From Polyangiales bacterium (GTDB lineage Bacteria; Myxococcota_A; Polyangia; Polyangiales; Polyangiaceae), in the NCBI GenBank assembly GCA_038230375.1, contig JBBRNJ010000083.1:1-37886 (forward strand): a DNA stretch of 37,886 nucleotides, in the 5' to 3' direction. The notes beneath the pieces are model-generated. The model had not been told where the DNA came from, made no database searches, and saw nothing but the letters and a program-made list of their open reading frames with translations. Shown piece by piece: positions 8,170 to 17,569 of this stretch. Made by a program: the position numbers and the translations under genes. Position 1 is the first letter of the stretch; each line of letters starts with the position of its first letter.

Positions 8170-9557
8170 CCTTGCCCGGTCTGGAAGGCCCGCTTCACGT
8201 CGCTCGGCATGTTCGGATGCTTGATGAGCATCTTCCTCATCCCGTGGTTCGTTCGGATGATCGGCAGCTTCAGCAAGGTGCGGAGCAGCTGCGGCGGCGT
8301 TGCAGACCAGCGCGCGAGGTTCTGGATACTGAGCAGCGTCCAGCTGGTGCGGCCGCACAGGATCTGCGTGGTCTGCGCGTCGAAAGCACAGCCCGCGAGA
8401 ATGATGAGACACCGGGCCTCGGTCTTGATGACGAGCGCGGCCTTTTCCTCACCGCCGGCCATCGTGAATTTCTTCCGCAAGAGGTTTGCCGTCTTGATGC
8501 GCGAACGCTCGGGGATCTCGCGATCGATGGCGATCTTGTAGCAATCCGTGAGGAGCTTCGGATTGACGATCTTGTTCAGCAACATGTCCGGCAGCTGCGG
8601 GTTGCGGAGCAAGCGGCGCTGAACCAGGGTGTCCTTCAGGATCATCATGTTGCGTGTCAGCCTCTCGAGGCCGGTCTGCGTGCGATGGTGGAACGCCACG
8701 TAGCGCGCCTCCGCCAGACCAAACCGCGGGTTGCTGAGCAGCGCGAAGATGACCGCCGGCTCTGCATCGAGACAGAGCGCCATGAGCTGATCGCCGATGA
8801 CGCTCTTCGCGGCCGAGAGCCGCTGCTCGCGCGTCATGTGGCGGTAGATGGTCTCGTAGATCCTGCGCCAGACCTTGTCGCCGCGCTCCTCTTCCTCGAG
8901 CTGCGCTTGCTCCTCCGCGTCCATCGCAGAGGGCGGCTCGGGGGGAGCCGCGACGTCCTCGACGTCATCCTCATCACTCTCGTCGGCCTTTTTCTTGGGA
9001 CGCTTCTCGTCTTCGTCGGCGGCTCCTTCGGTCGCCGGCTCGTGAGCGAGTTCGTCGGTCGATGGTGTCTCGAGCGGTAGCGCGTCGAGCGGGAACTCCT
9101 CGAACGGGACCTCTTCGAGCGGCGGGGGTGGGAGCGAGAGATCTTGCGGCAGCTCCTCGAGCTCGGGCAGCTGCTCTTCCTCGGTCATGGGCTTCGCCTC
9201 GACCTCTTGTCTGAGGTCAGGCCTGGAGGCGCGCGACGAGATGGCCGGGGAGGCCGGGGAGGAAGTGGTCGGCGGACGCGTCGGACCAGGAGAAGATGGC
9301 GCGGCTGCACGCATGACGGGTGCGGAGGGAGCAGCAGCGGGTGCGGAGGGAGCAGCGGCGGGCGCTCCGCCTTCGACATCCAGCGCGCCCTCCGTGGTGA
9401 GCTTCGACACGATCTCCTGGATGCGGCCCTCAGGAAGGCCCGTGAGCGTGACGAGGTCGCGCACGCTCACAGGACCATCGACCCGCGAGAGGACAAACCC
9501 CTCCTCGGCGGTCAGTTTGAGCTGCCGGTAGTCGATCGTCTTTGGACGAAATTTCAA
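8166..9557 (-). CDS. Hypothetical protein: N-terminal winged-helix-like motif, acidic linker, helical-repeat C-terminus
   Basis: LTAEEGFVLSRVDG motif typical of myxobacterial proteins; repeated L-x-NP motifs in the C-terminus. Confidence 0.8.
   Translation of the reverse strand: MKFRPKTIDYRQLKLTAEEGFVLSRVDGPVSVRDLVTLTGLPEGRIQEIVSKLTTEGALDVEGGAPAAAPSAPAAAPSAPVMRAAAPSSPGPTRPPTTSSPASPAISSRASRPDLRQEVEAKPMTEEEQLPELEELPQDLSLPPPPLEEVPFEEFPLDALPLETPSTDELAHEPATEGAADEDEKRPKKKADESDEDDVEDVAAPPEPPSAMDAEEQAQLEEEERGDKVWRRIYETIYRHMTREQRLSAAKSVIGDQLMALCLDAEPAVIFALLSNPRFGLAEARYVAFHHRTQTGLERLTRNMMILKDTLVQRRLLRNPQLPDMLLNKIVNPKLLTDCYKIAIDREIPERSRIKTANLLRKKFTMAGGEEKAALVIKTEARCLIILAGCAFDAQTTQILCGRTSWTLLSIQNLARWSATPPQLLRTLLKLPIIRTNHGMRKMLIKHPNMPSDVKRAFQTGQG
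9317..9358. repeat. 21-bp tandem duplication inside CDS (PAAAPSA x2)
   Basis: cgggtgcggagggagcagcag followed by cgggtgcggagggagcagcgg. Confidence 0.8.
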
Positions 9558-9659
9558 GCCTGATTCTCCGGAGCGGACCGAGCGTGCTCGATCCTGTCCA
9601 CGTCACCATGAATGGTACGTGACTCGGGGCGCTCAGGAAGCGCTTTCTCGCGGCAAGGG

Positions 9660-9980
9660 TCAGGACAGGATGCGCCGCACGCCGTCCCCCAGATCGAGAT
9701 GCAGGCGCCCACCGCTAGGAGCTGCGCTCGCGATGAGATATTGGCGCTCGCCCACCGCGAGGCGCCACGTCGCGATGTCGGCGCGCACGCACTCGCCGGA
9801 GTCGAGCTTCAGGCCGAGGCCCGCGACGAAGCCGGGCGCGTCGCCCACGCCCGCGATGAGCTCACCGAGCTCGTCGCATACCGCGAGGGTCGCCACGCCG
9901 AGGCGCTCACGGGCGGCCTCGAGGAAGAGATTGAGTGCAACGAAGGGATGAGAGCTACGGGCAGATCGACGTTCGAGCAT
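9660..9980 (-). CDS. Small hypothetical protein, possibly Roadblock/LC7-like fold
   Basis: Helix followed by LAVCDELGELIAG beta-hairpin pattern; 106 aa. Confidence 0.65.
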   Translation of the reverse strand: MLERRSARSSHPFVALNLFLEAARERLGVATLAVCDELGELIAGVGDAPGFVAGLGLKLDSGECVRADIATWRLAVGERQYLIASAAPSGGRLHLDLGDGVRRILS

Positions 9981-10037
9981 GGAAGCATGCTCGTCGCGAA
10001 CGCCGAGAACGCCAACTTTTCGGACGTCAGAACCGTA

Positions 10038-10427
10038 TCAGTAGCCTGCCATCGCGCCCGCGTCCGGGTCCGTGTTGCTCGTCGGCGCGGGGCACATGGC
10101 CGCCTTCGTCGAGAAGCACTGGCTCATCTTCGTGTCGCAGCACCAGGAGGCGCCAGAGATCGCAGCGCAGCTGTTCGAGCAGTCCGTGTCCGCCTTGCAG
10201 GAGGGCGCGCACGCCTTGGGCTGCGTGCCACCGCCGTTGTCGCCGCCGTTGCCACCCGTGGGTGCTGGCTCGACGCCGCCATCCGCCTTGGGATCCGTGT
10301 TCGACGTGTCGCTGCCCGTGTTGGGGATCGGGTCAGACGAGGAGTCCGCACAAGCTGTCAGGCCAACGGCTCCAACGGAGAGAGCCAGGGTTGCGGAGGC
10401 GAGCAGGGAGAAGGTTGCGGACTTCAT
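10038..10427 (-). CDS. Cys-rich lipoprotein
   Basis: MKSATFSLL...GLTAC lipobox; low-complexity linker; 8 Cys in C-terminal module. Confidence 0.75.
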   Translation of the reverse strand: MKSATFSLLASATLALSVGAVGLTACADSSSDPIPNTGSDTSNTDPKADGGVEPAPTGGNGGDNGGGTQPKACAPSCKADTDCSNSCAAISGASWCCDTKMSQCFSTKAAMCPAPTSNTDPDAGAMAGY

Positions 10428-10542
10428 TGGTGGTGGCGGAACTCTACGGTGGGACGGTTCGAACGCTTGTCTAGATCGCCTCACAGCAGTTGATTTTGAG
10501 GCCTATAACCCGGTGATTTCTGCTCTCATTTGTCTCCCTAGT

Positions 10543-12285
10543 GTGACATCGTCCCCTGGAGATCGCGCGGCGCATCCGCGCTGGCTGAAATATTCCGTCC
10601 TGGGCGTCATTGCGCTGGGGGTGGTTCTGGCAGTGCCTGCGCTCCAGACCCCTTTTTTCCTCGACGATTACCTTCACGGGGCGATGGTGCGCGGAGAGTT
10701 CCCCGTCCATCGCAGCGCGTTCGACCTCTATGCGTTCGTTGATGATGGTGACCGGCAGGCGCTGCTCGATCGAGGGCTTCTCCCCTGGTGGTCGCACCCA
10801 CAGATCACCATCCGATTCTTCCGGCCGCTCTCGTCTGCCCTCCTCTTCGTCGATCATCGTCTGTTCGGCGCGCATCCGTTCCCCATGCACGTGCACTCGC
10901 TCGTGTGGTGGCTGTTCGCGGTGCTCTCGGTGCGCTCGCTTGCGCGGCGTCTGTTCCCGAGCTCGCGTGTGCAGCTCATCGCGACCGCGATCTTCGCGCT
11001 CGCGCCGTGTCATGCGGTGCCGCTCGCGTGGGTCGCGAACCGCGAGGTGCTGCTAGCGCTCACGTTCGGCTCGCTCGCCCTTCGCCGCTATGCGGACTTC
11101 AGGAGCACGCGCGCGCTCGCTCCCGCGGCGCTCTCGCTCCTCCTGTTCGCGCTCGCGCTCTTCGCAGGCGGCGAGTACGCGCTGTCGTTCGCCGGGTACG
11201 TCGTGGCGATCGATGTGGTGCGGCGCCGCGAAACCCTCGTGTCGCGCTTGACCGGTTGGCTGCCGTTCGCGATACCCGCCGGCGTGTACATGGCGGTGCG
11301 CGGCGCACTGCACTACGGCTCGCACGGCTCGGGCTTCTACGCCGATCCTCTGCATGATCCCACGCGCTTCTTCCACAAAGCGCCGGAGCGCCTGGTGACG
11401 TTGCTTGCAGACGGGTGGCTCTCCGTGGACAGCACCGCGTGGGTCGCGCCGTGGATGCGCACGTCGCTGTACGTGATCGTCGCGGTGGCGCTCTGGTGCG
11501 GCGCGGTCGCGTTTCGTAGAGCCATCGCCGCGCAGGAGAGCGAACAGAAGCAGAACGTGACGTGGATGCTCATCGGTTCGCTGGCTTCGCTCACGCCGGT
11601 GCTCGCGGTGGTGCCCTCCACGCGACTCCTTGGCATTGCGATGGTGGGGCTCTCGATGTGCGTCGCCATCCTCCTCGAGTTCGCGTGGTGGCAGGACCGC
11701 GAGCCCGGCTTCGGGCGCGGCATGACGGCGCTGGTGGCGGTGTACCTGGGCTTCGCGCATTTCATCCATGGCCCCGGCAGCATGTGGCTCAAGGAGCGCG
11801 CGTTACGCGACGACGCCCGCGAGCTCGCGTGGAAGGCGGGCAACGTCGCTGGCGCATTGCCGCCGGGCTCCCCGGCCAGGGTCGGCATCGTGCGCGGCTC
11901 CGCGGGAATGTTCTTCGCGCCGTTTGCGCTGCCCGGCGGTCAGGTGCCCGCGCGCTGGAATTTCCTGGCGCAAGGCGGTCACGTGCTCACGCAACGGCGC
12001 GACGACTTCACCCTGGATGTTGCGACCCCGAAGCACCGCGGCCTGTACCCGGAAGGCGATCTGAACCTGTACCGCAGCGAGGACGAGCGCCTGGCGGTGG
12101 GTTCCGAGGTGCGCGTGCCCGGCATGCGCGCGACCATCCTGGAGCTACAGGACGGGCGCCCCAGCCGCGTGCGCTTCCGCTTCGACGTGCCGCTGGAGGA
12201 GCTCACGTGGTTCTCGGACCAGCGCGACGGCGTCCACGTGGTCGCCCTTCCGGAACCAGGCTTCGGCGCCCCCTTCGACTTCTAG
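10543..12285 (+). CDS. Polytopic membrane protein, GT-C (ArnT/PMT/TMTC-like) glycosyltransferase-like
   Basis: FFLDDY after first TM helix, FFRPL and HAVPLAWVANR motifs; multiple TM segments; start uncertain. Confidence 0.7.
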   Translation: MTSSPGDRAAHPRWLKYSVLGVIALGVVLAVPALQTPFFLDDYLHGAMVRGEFPVHRSAFDLYAFVDDGDRQALLDRGLLPWWSHPQITIRFFRPLSSALLFVDHRLFGAHPFPMHVHSLVWWLFAVLSVRSLARRLFPSSRVQLIATAIFALAPCHAVPLAWVANREVLLALTFGSLALRRYADFRSTRALAPAALSLLLFALALFAGGEYALSFAGYVVAIDVVRRRETLVSRLTGWLPFAIPAGVYMAVRGALHYGSHGSGFYADPLHDPTRFFHKAPERLVTLLADGWLSVDSTAWVAPWMRTSLYVIVAVALWCGAVAFRRAIAAQESEQKQNVTWMLIGSLASLTPVLAVVPSTRLLGIAMVGLSMCVAILLEFAWWQDREPGFGRGMTALVAVYLGFAHFIHGPGSMWLKERALRDDARELAWKAGNVAGALPPGSPARVGIVRGSAGMFFAPFALPGGQVPARWNFLAQGGHVLTQRRDDFTLDVATPKHRGLYPEGDLNLYRSEDERLAVGSEVRVPGMRATILELQDGRPSRVRFRFDVPLEELTWFSDQRDGVHVVALPEPGFGAPFDF

Positions 12286-13505
12286 GCCTTCGCGGCGGCC
12301 TCGCGACGGGCGAGCATGGCGTCCAGGCGCTCGCGGATGCGGAGGGACGGCTTCTCGATCAGGACGTGGATGACGTAGCCAAGGCCGAGCGACATCCCCA
12401 TCAGCAATACGAGTGAGGTGGGCCACACCACGTACATGGGCACGTTGCGCGCCAGGAGCTCGCGGGCGAGCGGCACGATGACGCGGTCCGCGACCGGGAT
12501 GTGCACCAGGTAGACGCCATAGCCCAGCGTGGCGATCCGCCGGAAGATGCCGCGGCCCAGCGCGCGCTGCACGAACCCGTCCGTGTGCAAGAGCAGGACG
12601 AGCCACGCGAAGTACATGACGCTGGTCACCGAGCCCCAGAGGAACACGTGCACCATCTGCGTGTAGTATGCACCGAACAGATCGGGCCGGAGCAAGAGCC
12701 ACAGGCACCCGAGCGACGGCACGAGCAAGAGCGCGCGGTGCGAAGGCGCCTTCAGCCACTCCGTGATCTGCACCTTCTTTCGCGCGTGCACGAACGCGAG
12801 CAGGATCCCGCAGATGAGGGTGTCGAAGCGCGTGTACGGCTTGAAGTAGAGCGCCTCGTACAGGTGCAGGTCCGACCACGGCGCATGCGCGTAGAACACG
12901 CAGATGCGCACGACGAGCGCAGACGCCCAGATGAGTGACAGGAGCACGAGCCGCCCACGATCCGTTCGCAGACGCGAGAGGACGAAGAAGAGCAGGGGCA
13001 CCAGCAGGTAGAACTGCTCCTCGAGCGCGAGCGACCATCCCCAGAACATGAGGATCTTGCCGCGGCGAAGCGACACGAAGTTGGTGGCGTAGACGTACTC
13101 GCACCACAGATGGCTCCGCTGCATCGCCGTGAGCAGCGTGGTGAGCGCGAGGTACGTGAGGACCACGTAGTACGGCGGAAACGTCCGCGAGATGCGGCGC
13201 ACGTAGAAGCGCGCAAGGTTTTGTGTGCCCGAGGTATCGAGCGAGCGGAGCAGGATCGACCCGATGAGGAAGACGCTGAGGATGAAGAACAGATCCATCC
13301 CGAAGAAGACCGTGAGCGACATGATCGCCAGCTCGTTGTCCGGCCGGATCGACGCCTCCAGGAAGATCCACGTCACGTGGAACTGGACGACGCTGATGAT
13401 CGCCAGGACGCGCAGCCCGTGCAGCGCGGGGAAGCGGTTGTCGAGCGGCTCGAGCGAGAGAAAGCGAGCGAGCGTGCTCTCTGCCCGAGGTTTCTCGACG
13501 CTCAT
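12282..13505 (-). CDS. Acyltransferase family 3 (OafA/YrhL-like)
   Basis: LHGLRVLA, DLFFILS, FYVRRISRTFP, WSLALEEQFY, YGVYLVH, IEKP motifs. Confidence 0.92.
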   Translation of the reverse strand: MSVEKPRAESTLARFLSLEPLDNRFPALHGLRVLAIISVVQFHVTWIFLEASIRPDNELAIMSLTVFFGMDLFFILSVFLIGSILLRSLDTSGTQNLARFYVRRISRTFPPYYVVLTYLALTTLLTAMQRSHLWCEYVYATNFVSLRRGKILMFWGWSLALEEQFYLLVPLLFFVLSRLRTDRGRLVLLSLIWASALVVRICVFYAHAPWSDLHLYEALYFKPYTRFDTLICGILLAFVHARKKVQITEWLKAPSHRALLLVPSLGCLWLLLRPDLFGAYYTQMVHVFLWGSVTSVMYFAWLVLLLHTDGFVQRALGRGIFRRIATLGYGVYLVHIPVADRVIVPLARELLARNVPMYVVWPTSLVLLMGMSLGLGYVIHVLIEKPSLRIRERLDAMLARREAAAKA

Positions 13506-13518
13506 CAGCCCGCGGACT

Positions 13519-13938
13519 CTACCACGAGACCGCGAGGACCTCGTAGGTCTCACCGACGCCGCCGGCTTCCACCTCCACCTCGTCTCCGACCACCGCGCCC
13601 ACCAGCGCGCGGCCAAGGGGCGCACTGGTGCTGACGGCCCCCGCGACCAGCCCCACCTCGGCCGCGGACGTCAGCACCAGGGTCCGCTCGCCGCGCGCAC
13701 CGCGAAGGCGCACCTCTGCCCCCACCGCGATCTCCGCGCCACCCGCGCGCGGCACGACCGGTGCCTTGAGGATCGCGTTGAGACGCGCGACATCCGCGTC
13801 GGCAAGGCCGCCCTGCGCGAGCTTGTCCCGCGCGGCAGCCGCGGCACGGAACGAGACCCACGCCAGCGCCGCGGCGCTCGACGGTGGACCGAGCGTGAAG
13901 CCCGTCTCATCGTCCTCCTTGGTGAACGCCTTGCTCAT
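13519..13938 (-). CDS. GreA/GreB-family (Rnk-like) protein with shortened coiled coil
   Basis: MSKAFTKEDD N-terminus; C-terminal VSTSAPLGRALVGAVVGDEVEV...YEVLAV Gre domain. Confidence 0.8.
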   Translation of the reverse strand: MSKAFTKEDDETGFTLGPPSSAAALAWVSFRAAAAARDKLAQGGLADADVARLNAILKAPVVPRAGGAEIAVGAEVRLRGARGERTLVLTSAAEVGLVAGAVSTSAPLGRALVGAVVGDEVEVEAGGVGETYEVLAVSW

Positions 13939-13984
13939 CTTCCGCGTACTTTGCGCTATAGATTCCGCCGTGCACAAGGCCCAG

Positions 13985-14797
13985 ATGAAATCGACGTCCC
14001 GCGCGACCCGCCCGCTGTTCCCTCTCGGTCCGCTGGTTCTCTGCTCGCTCGCAGCCGTGTCGACCTCTGGCTGCCACGGCGACACCGACTTCGACGTGAA
14101 GCAGGCGAACGACTTCGCGCCGTCGGGACGCATCAGTGTGTCCGTGCTGGGTGTCATGAAGGACGGCCTCATGAGCCAGGAGATCTGGGAGTCGCTCGGG
14201 CCGAAGCTCTCGCCCGCGCTGCGCTCGCAGAAGTGCGATACGCGCTACGACGCCACGTTCGTGGCTGAAAACAAGGGGGTTGCTAGCGCGGTGGAGGACT
14301 ACACTCGCGCGAACGGCGTGACGGAGCCGCTCCTCACCGCGTTCTCCACCAGCGCCGAGGGCGACGTGATGATGGTGCTGTCCGTCTCCGGGCGCGCATC
14401 GTCCGAGACCACGCCGTATTCTCCGGGCGGAGGCGCGCAGATGCCAGGCCTCGCGCCGGCCTCGGGCAGGCAGGGCGGCGGCACGGGAAATGGCTACGGC
14501 GGGGGGTTCGGCAACTCGTCGTCGCCCGCGAGCCCAGGCTTCGGACGCTCCTCGCCCAGCACCCCGAGCAACGGGGCCGCCAACGTCTTCGAGATCGCCG
14601 CCACGTTCTACTCCGTGCGCGAGAAGAAGCCGGTCGCCCAGCTCTCCATGAAGTACACGGGCCCGCGCGAAGAGGACGCCATCTCGCGCTTTGCCACCAA
14701 GCTGCACGACTACCTGCCCAACGCGACGTGCGTGGGCTTCAAGAAGGACTCCGACCTGACCGAAGAGCGCGTGCGGCAGTTGCCGCTCGCCGAGTGA
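13985..14797 (+). CDS. Hypothetical lipoprotein with Gly-rich insert
   Basis: Lipobox TSGC; GC3-rich codons. Confidence 0.75.
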   Translation: MKSTSRATRPLFPLGPLVLCSLAAVSTSGCHGDTDFDVKQANDFAPSGRISVSVLGVMKDGLMSQEIWESLGPKLSPALRSQKCDTRYDATFVAENKGVASAVEDYTRANGVTEPLLTAFSTSAEGDVMMVLSVSGRASSETTPYSPGGGAQMPGLAPASGRQGGGTGNGYGGGFGNSSSPASPGFGRSSPSTPSNGAANVFEIAATFYSVREKKPVAQLSMKYTGPREEDAISRFATKLHDYLPNATCVGFKKDSDLTEERVRQLPLAE

Positions 14798-14829
14798 GCG
14801 CGCACAGGAAACCGCAAAGGATCACGGCG

Positions 14830-16626
14830 ATGGGGACCATCAACACACGCTTCTCTATCGCAGGGCTCCTCTCGGTCGCGCTCGCGCTCGGCGTGGTCGT
14901 TGCGTGCAGCTCAGCGCGGACCTCCGGCTTCGACGACACCACCGACAGCGGTGACGAGGGCGGCCTCTTCGGCAATGGCGAGGGCGGCTTCGGCAGCGGC
15001 GGTGAAGCGGGCGGCTGCGCGGAGAGCTGCTCTGCGGACCTCACGAAGATTGTAGACTGCAACAACAAGGTCGTCTCGACCTGCCCACCGGACAAGGGCT
15101 GCGCCGGGGCGGCGTGCATTCCCGCGTGTCAGGCAGCCGCGGCGAACAAGAGCTCGATCGGCTGCGACTACTACGTGCTGCCGCCGCCGTTCTTCACGGG
15201 CTCCACGGCGTGCCTTGCCGTGTTCGTCGCGAACACGTGGAGCGCCGACGTCAAGATAGATGTAGAATACAAGGGTATGAAGCTGGATGCGAGCCAGTTC
15301 TCGTACCTGCCGCAGGGCAGCGGGCCCGCGACCACGTACACGCCGCTCGCGAACGCGACCGTGCCAAAGGGGCAGGTCGGGCTGGTCCTCCTGAACAACG
15401 AGGGCGGCACCTGTCCGGGCGGCATGAAGTCCGCGATGGGCGCGGTGTCGTTCGCCGGCACAGGCATGGGCGACGCGTTCCACGTGAGCACGAGCGCGCC
15501 TGTCGTTGCTTACGATCTCTTTCCGTATGGCGGCGGAAGCACCGCTGTGACCAGCGCGACGCTGCTCATCCCGACCACCGCGTGGGACGTGAACTACGTC
15601 ACGACGACCGCATACAAGGAGACGATCGGCGGCGCCGAGCCGTGGCTCGGCTTCGTGGCCACGGAGGACACGGACATCACCGTGCGCGCGCCGGTCGCGA
15701 TCGTTGGAGGCACCGGTGTCGCCGCCGCAGCCGCGAACACACCGACCACGTACCACGTCGGGAAGGGGCAGTACCTGAAGCTCGGTCAGGACGCGGACCT
15801 CGCAGGCACCGTCGTCACGTCCACGAAGCCGATCGGCGCGTGGGGCGGCAACCGGTGCGCGGACATCCCGATGGGCATCGTCGCGTGCGATGGAATGCAC
15901 CAGCAGCTGCCGCCCGTGAAGGCGCTTGGCTCGCGCTACGTCGGAGTGCGCTACCGCACGCGCACGGGCACCACGGAGGAGGTGGTGCCGTGGCGCATCG
16001 TGGGCGCGGTGGATGGCACCACACTGACGTTCGACCCTCCCGTGATGGGCGCGCCCACCACGGTGAAGAGCGGCGAGGTCGTGGAGTTCCAGTCCGCAGG
16101 CCCGTTCGCCATCTCCAGCCAGGGCTCGGATCATCCGTTCTATCTGGGCGCGTACATGACCGGCTGCGGCGCGCTCCCTGGTGGGTCGGGCAGCGCCGTC
16201 GGGTGCGCCGGTGATCCCGAGTTCGTGAACGTCATCCCGGACGCGCAGTACCTTGCGTCCTACACGTTCTTCACGGACCCGACCTACCCTGAGACGAACC
16301 TGGTCTTCGTCCGCGGCAAGGACAAGGCCGGCACCTATCATGACGTCACGCTCGACTGCATCGGTACGCTGACGGGCTGGACGGACATCAATCCGTCGTT
16401 CCAGTTCACGCGCGCCGACCTGTCCAAGGGCAACTTCGAGAAGCAGGGAAACTGCAACAATGGCCAGCATGTGGCGTCGAGCGACGGCACGTTCGGGCTC
16501 ACGGTCTGGGGCTGGGGCTCCAAGGCGTCCGTCGGGTTCATGTCCGAAGCGGTGAGCTACGCCTACCCTGCCGGAGCGAGCGTTCAGCCTGTCAACGCTG
16601 TCATTGTCCCGTCCGGCGTGAAATAA
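14830..16626 (+). CDS. IgGFc-binding-protein N-terminal-domain lipoprotein
   Basis: Lipobox VVAC; SSIGCDYY, SATLLIPTTAW, DGMHQQLPPV, GDPEF, SYAYPAG motifs. Confidence 0.85.
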   Translation: MGTINTRFSIAGLLSVALALGVVVACSSARTSGFDDTTDSGDEGGLFGNGEGGFGSGGEAGGCAESCSADLTKIVDCNNKVVSTCPPDKGCAGAACIPACQAAAANKSSIGCDYYVLPPPFFTGSTACLAVFVANTWSADVKIDVEYKGMKLDASQFSYLPQGSGPATTYTPLANATVPKGQVGLVLLNNEGGTCPGGMKSAMGAVSFAGTGMGDAFHVSTSAPVVAYDLFPYGGGSTAVTSATLLIPTTAWDVNYVTTTAYKETIGGAEPWLGFVATEDTDITVRAPVAIVGGTGVAAAAANTPTTYHVGKGQYLKLGQDADLAGTVVTSTKPIGAWGGNRCADIPMGIVACDGMHQQLPPVKALGSRYVGVRYRTRTGTTEEVVPWRIVGAVDGTTLTFDPPVMGAPTTVKSGEVVEFQSAGPFAISSQGSDHPFYLGAYMTGCGALPGGSGSAVGCAGDPEFVNVIPDAQYLASYTFFTDPTYPETNLVFVRGKDKAGTYHDVTLDCIGTLTGWTDINPSFQFTRADLSKGNFEKQGNCNNGQHVASSDGTFGLTVWGWGSKASVGFMSEAVSYAYPAGASVQPVNAVIVPSGVK

Positions 16627-16686
16627 GCGGGTTTCTGGGACGCATTCTATACGAGCGCATTGCCAAAAAAGGGGCAGACTAGCCGC

Positions 16687-17514
16687 GTGAAGGCAACCCA
16701 GCTCTTGAGCTTGTCGGTCGTGCTCGTTTCGATAGGTGTCGGCGCCGCGTGCGCCAACGGCTCGCAGGATGTCGGTGGCGACAACGCCGCGACGGATCCA
16801 GGCGCTGGCTCCGGTCAGCACGGCGCCTCCGACGACGATGGCGGCGGCACCATGCTCACCGATGACGGCGGCAGCGCCGTTCAGCAGAAGAACCCGGACG
16901 CGGGCGGCATCGATGCGGTCGACGCGGCCGGCGGCTCTGGCGACAGCGGCAGCAGCGGCAAGGATGCGGGCGGCTCCACCGACAGCGGCACGAAGGTCGA
17001 CGCATCCACGACGGACGCGGGTTGCGCGGTGGTGACGGAGAACCTGCTCGTGAACGGCAACCTGGACACGGGCAAGGCGCCGTGGGTGCTCTCCAGCGCG
17101 GGCGTGTTCGACACCCCGCCGTCGCTTCCGGTGACGCCGCAGTCGGGCGCCATCGCGGCGTGGCTCGGCGGCGCTCCGAACGCGACCGACTCCTTCTACG
17201 AGCCCGTCGCGATCCCCGCGAACGCCACGGCAGCGCACCTCAAGGGCTATCGCTGGATCGGCACCACGGACATTCCTGGCGCGGACGTGCTGTCGATCCA
17301 GACGCGCTCCTCTGCTGGCGCCAAGCTCGATCAGCTGGCGTCGCTCTCCCCGGGCAGCTCCGACACCAAGTGGATCGCGTTCGACTACACGCTTCCCACG
17401 GCGCACGCGGGTCAGACGATCCAGATCGCGTTCATCGGAACGACTGACAGCTCACTCAACACGAACTTCTTCATCGACTCGCTCGATCTCGAAGTGACGT
17501 ACTGCAAGTACTGA
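16687..17514 (+). CDS. Lipoprotein with DAG-rich linker and C-terminal jelly-roll/CBM-like domain
   Basis: Lipobox GAAC; NLLVNGNLD...AAWLGG...TNFFIDSLDL. Confidence 0.8.
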   Translation: MKATQLLSLSVVLVSIGVGAACANGSQDVGGDNAATDPGAGSGQHGASDDDGGGTMLTDDGGSAVQQKNPDAGGIDAVDAAGGSGDSGSSGKDAGGSTDSGTKVDASTTDAGCAVVTENLLVNGNLDTGKAPWVLSSAGVFDTPPSLPVTPQSGAIAAWLGGAPNATDSFYEPVAIPANATAAHLKGYRWIGTTDIPGADVLSIQTRSSAGAKLDQLASLSPGSSDTKWIAFDYTLPTAHAGQTIQIAFIGTTDSSLNTNFFIDSLDLEVTYCKY

Positions 17515-17535
17515 CGGCGGCCGCGTTCCGCTGTG

Positions 17536-17565
17536 ACGTCAGCGCACGTCAGCGCACGTCAGCGC
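17536..17565. repeat. 10-bp tandem repeat (ACGTCAGCGC)x3 between convergent genes
   Basis: Direct reading. Confidence 0.9.
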
Positions 17566-17569
17566 GGCG

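Noticed and set aside
10072..10542. N-terminal extension of the 737-aa ORF
   Set aside because: Overlaps the minus-strand Cys-rich lipoprotein; real start probably near 10543
14911..17406. 831-aa minus-strand ORF
   Set aside because: Antisense to two well-supported lipoprotein genes; no recognisable motifs
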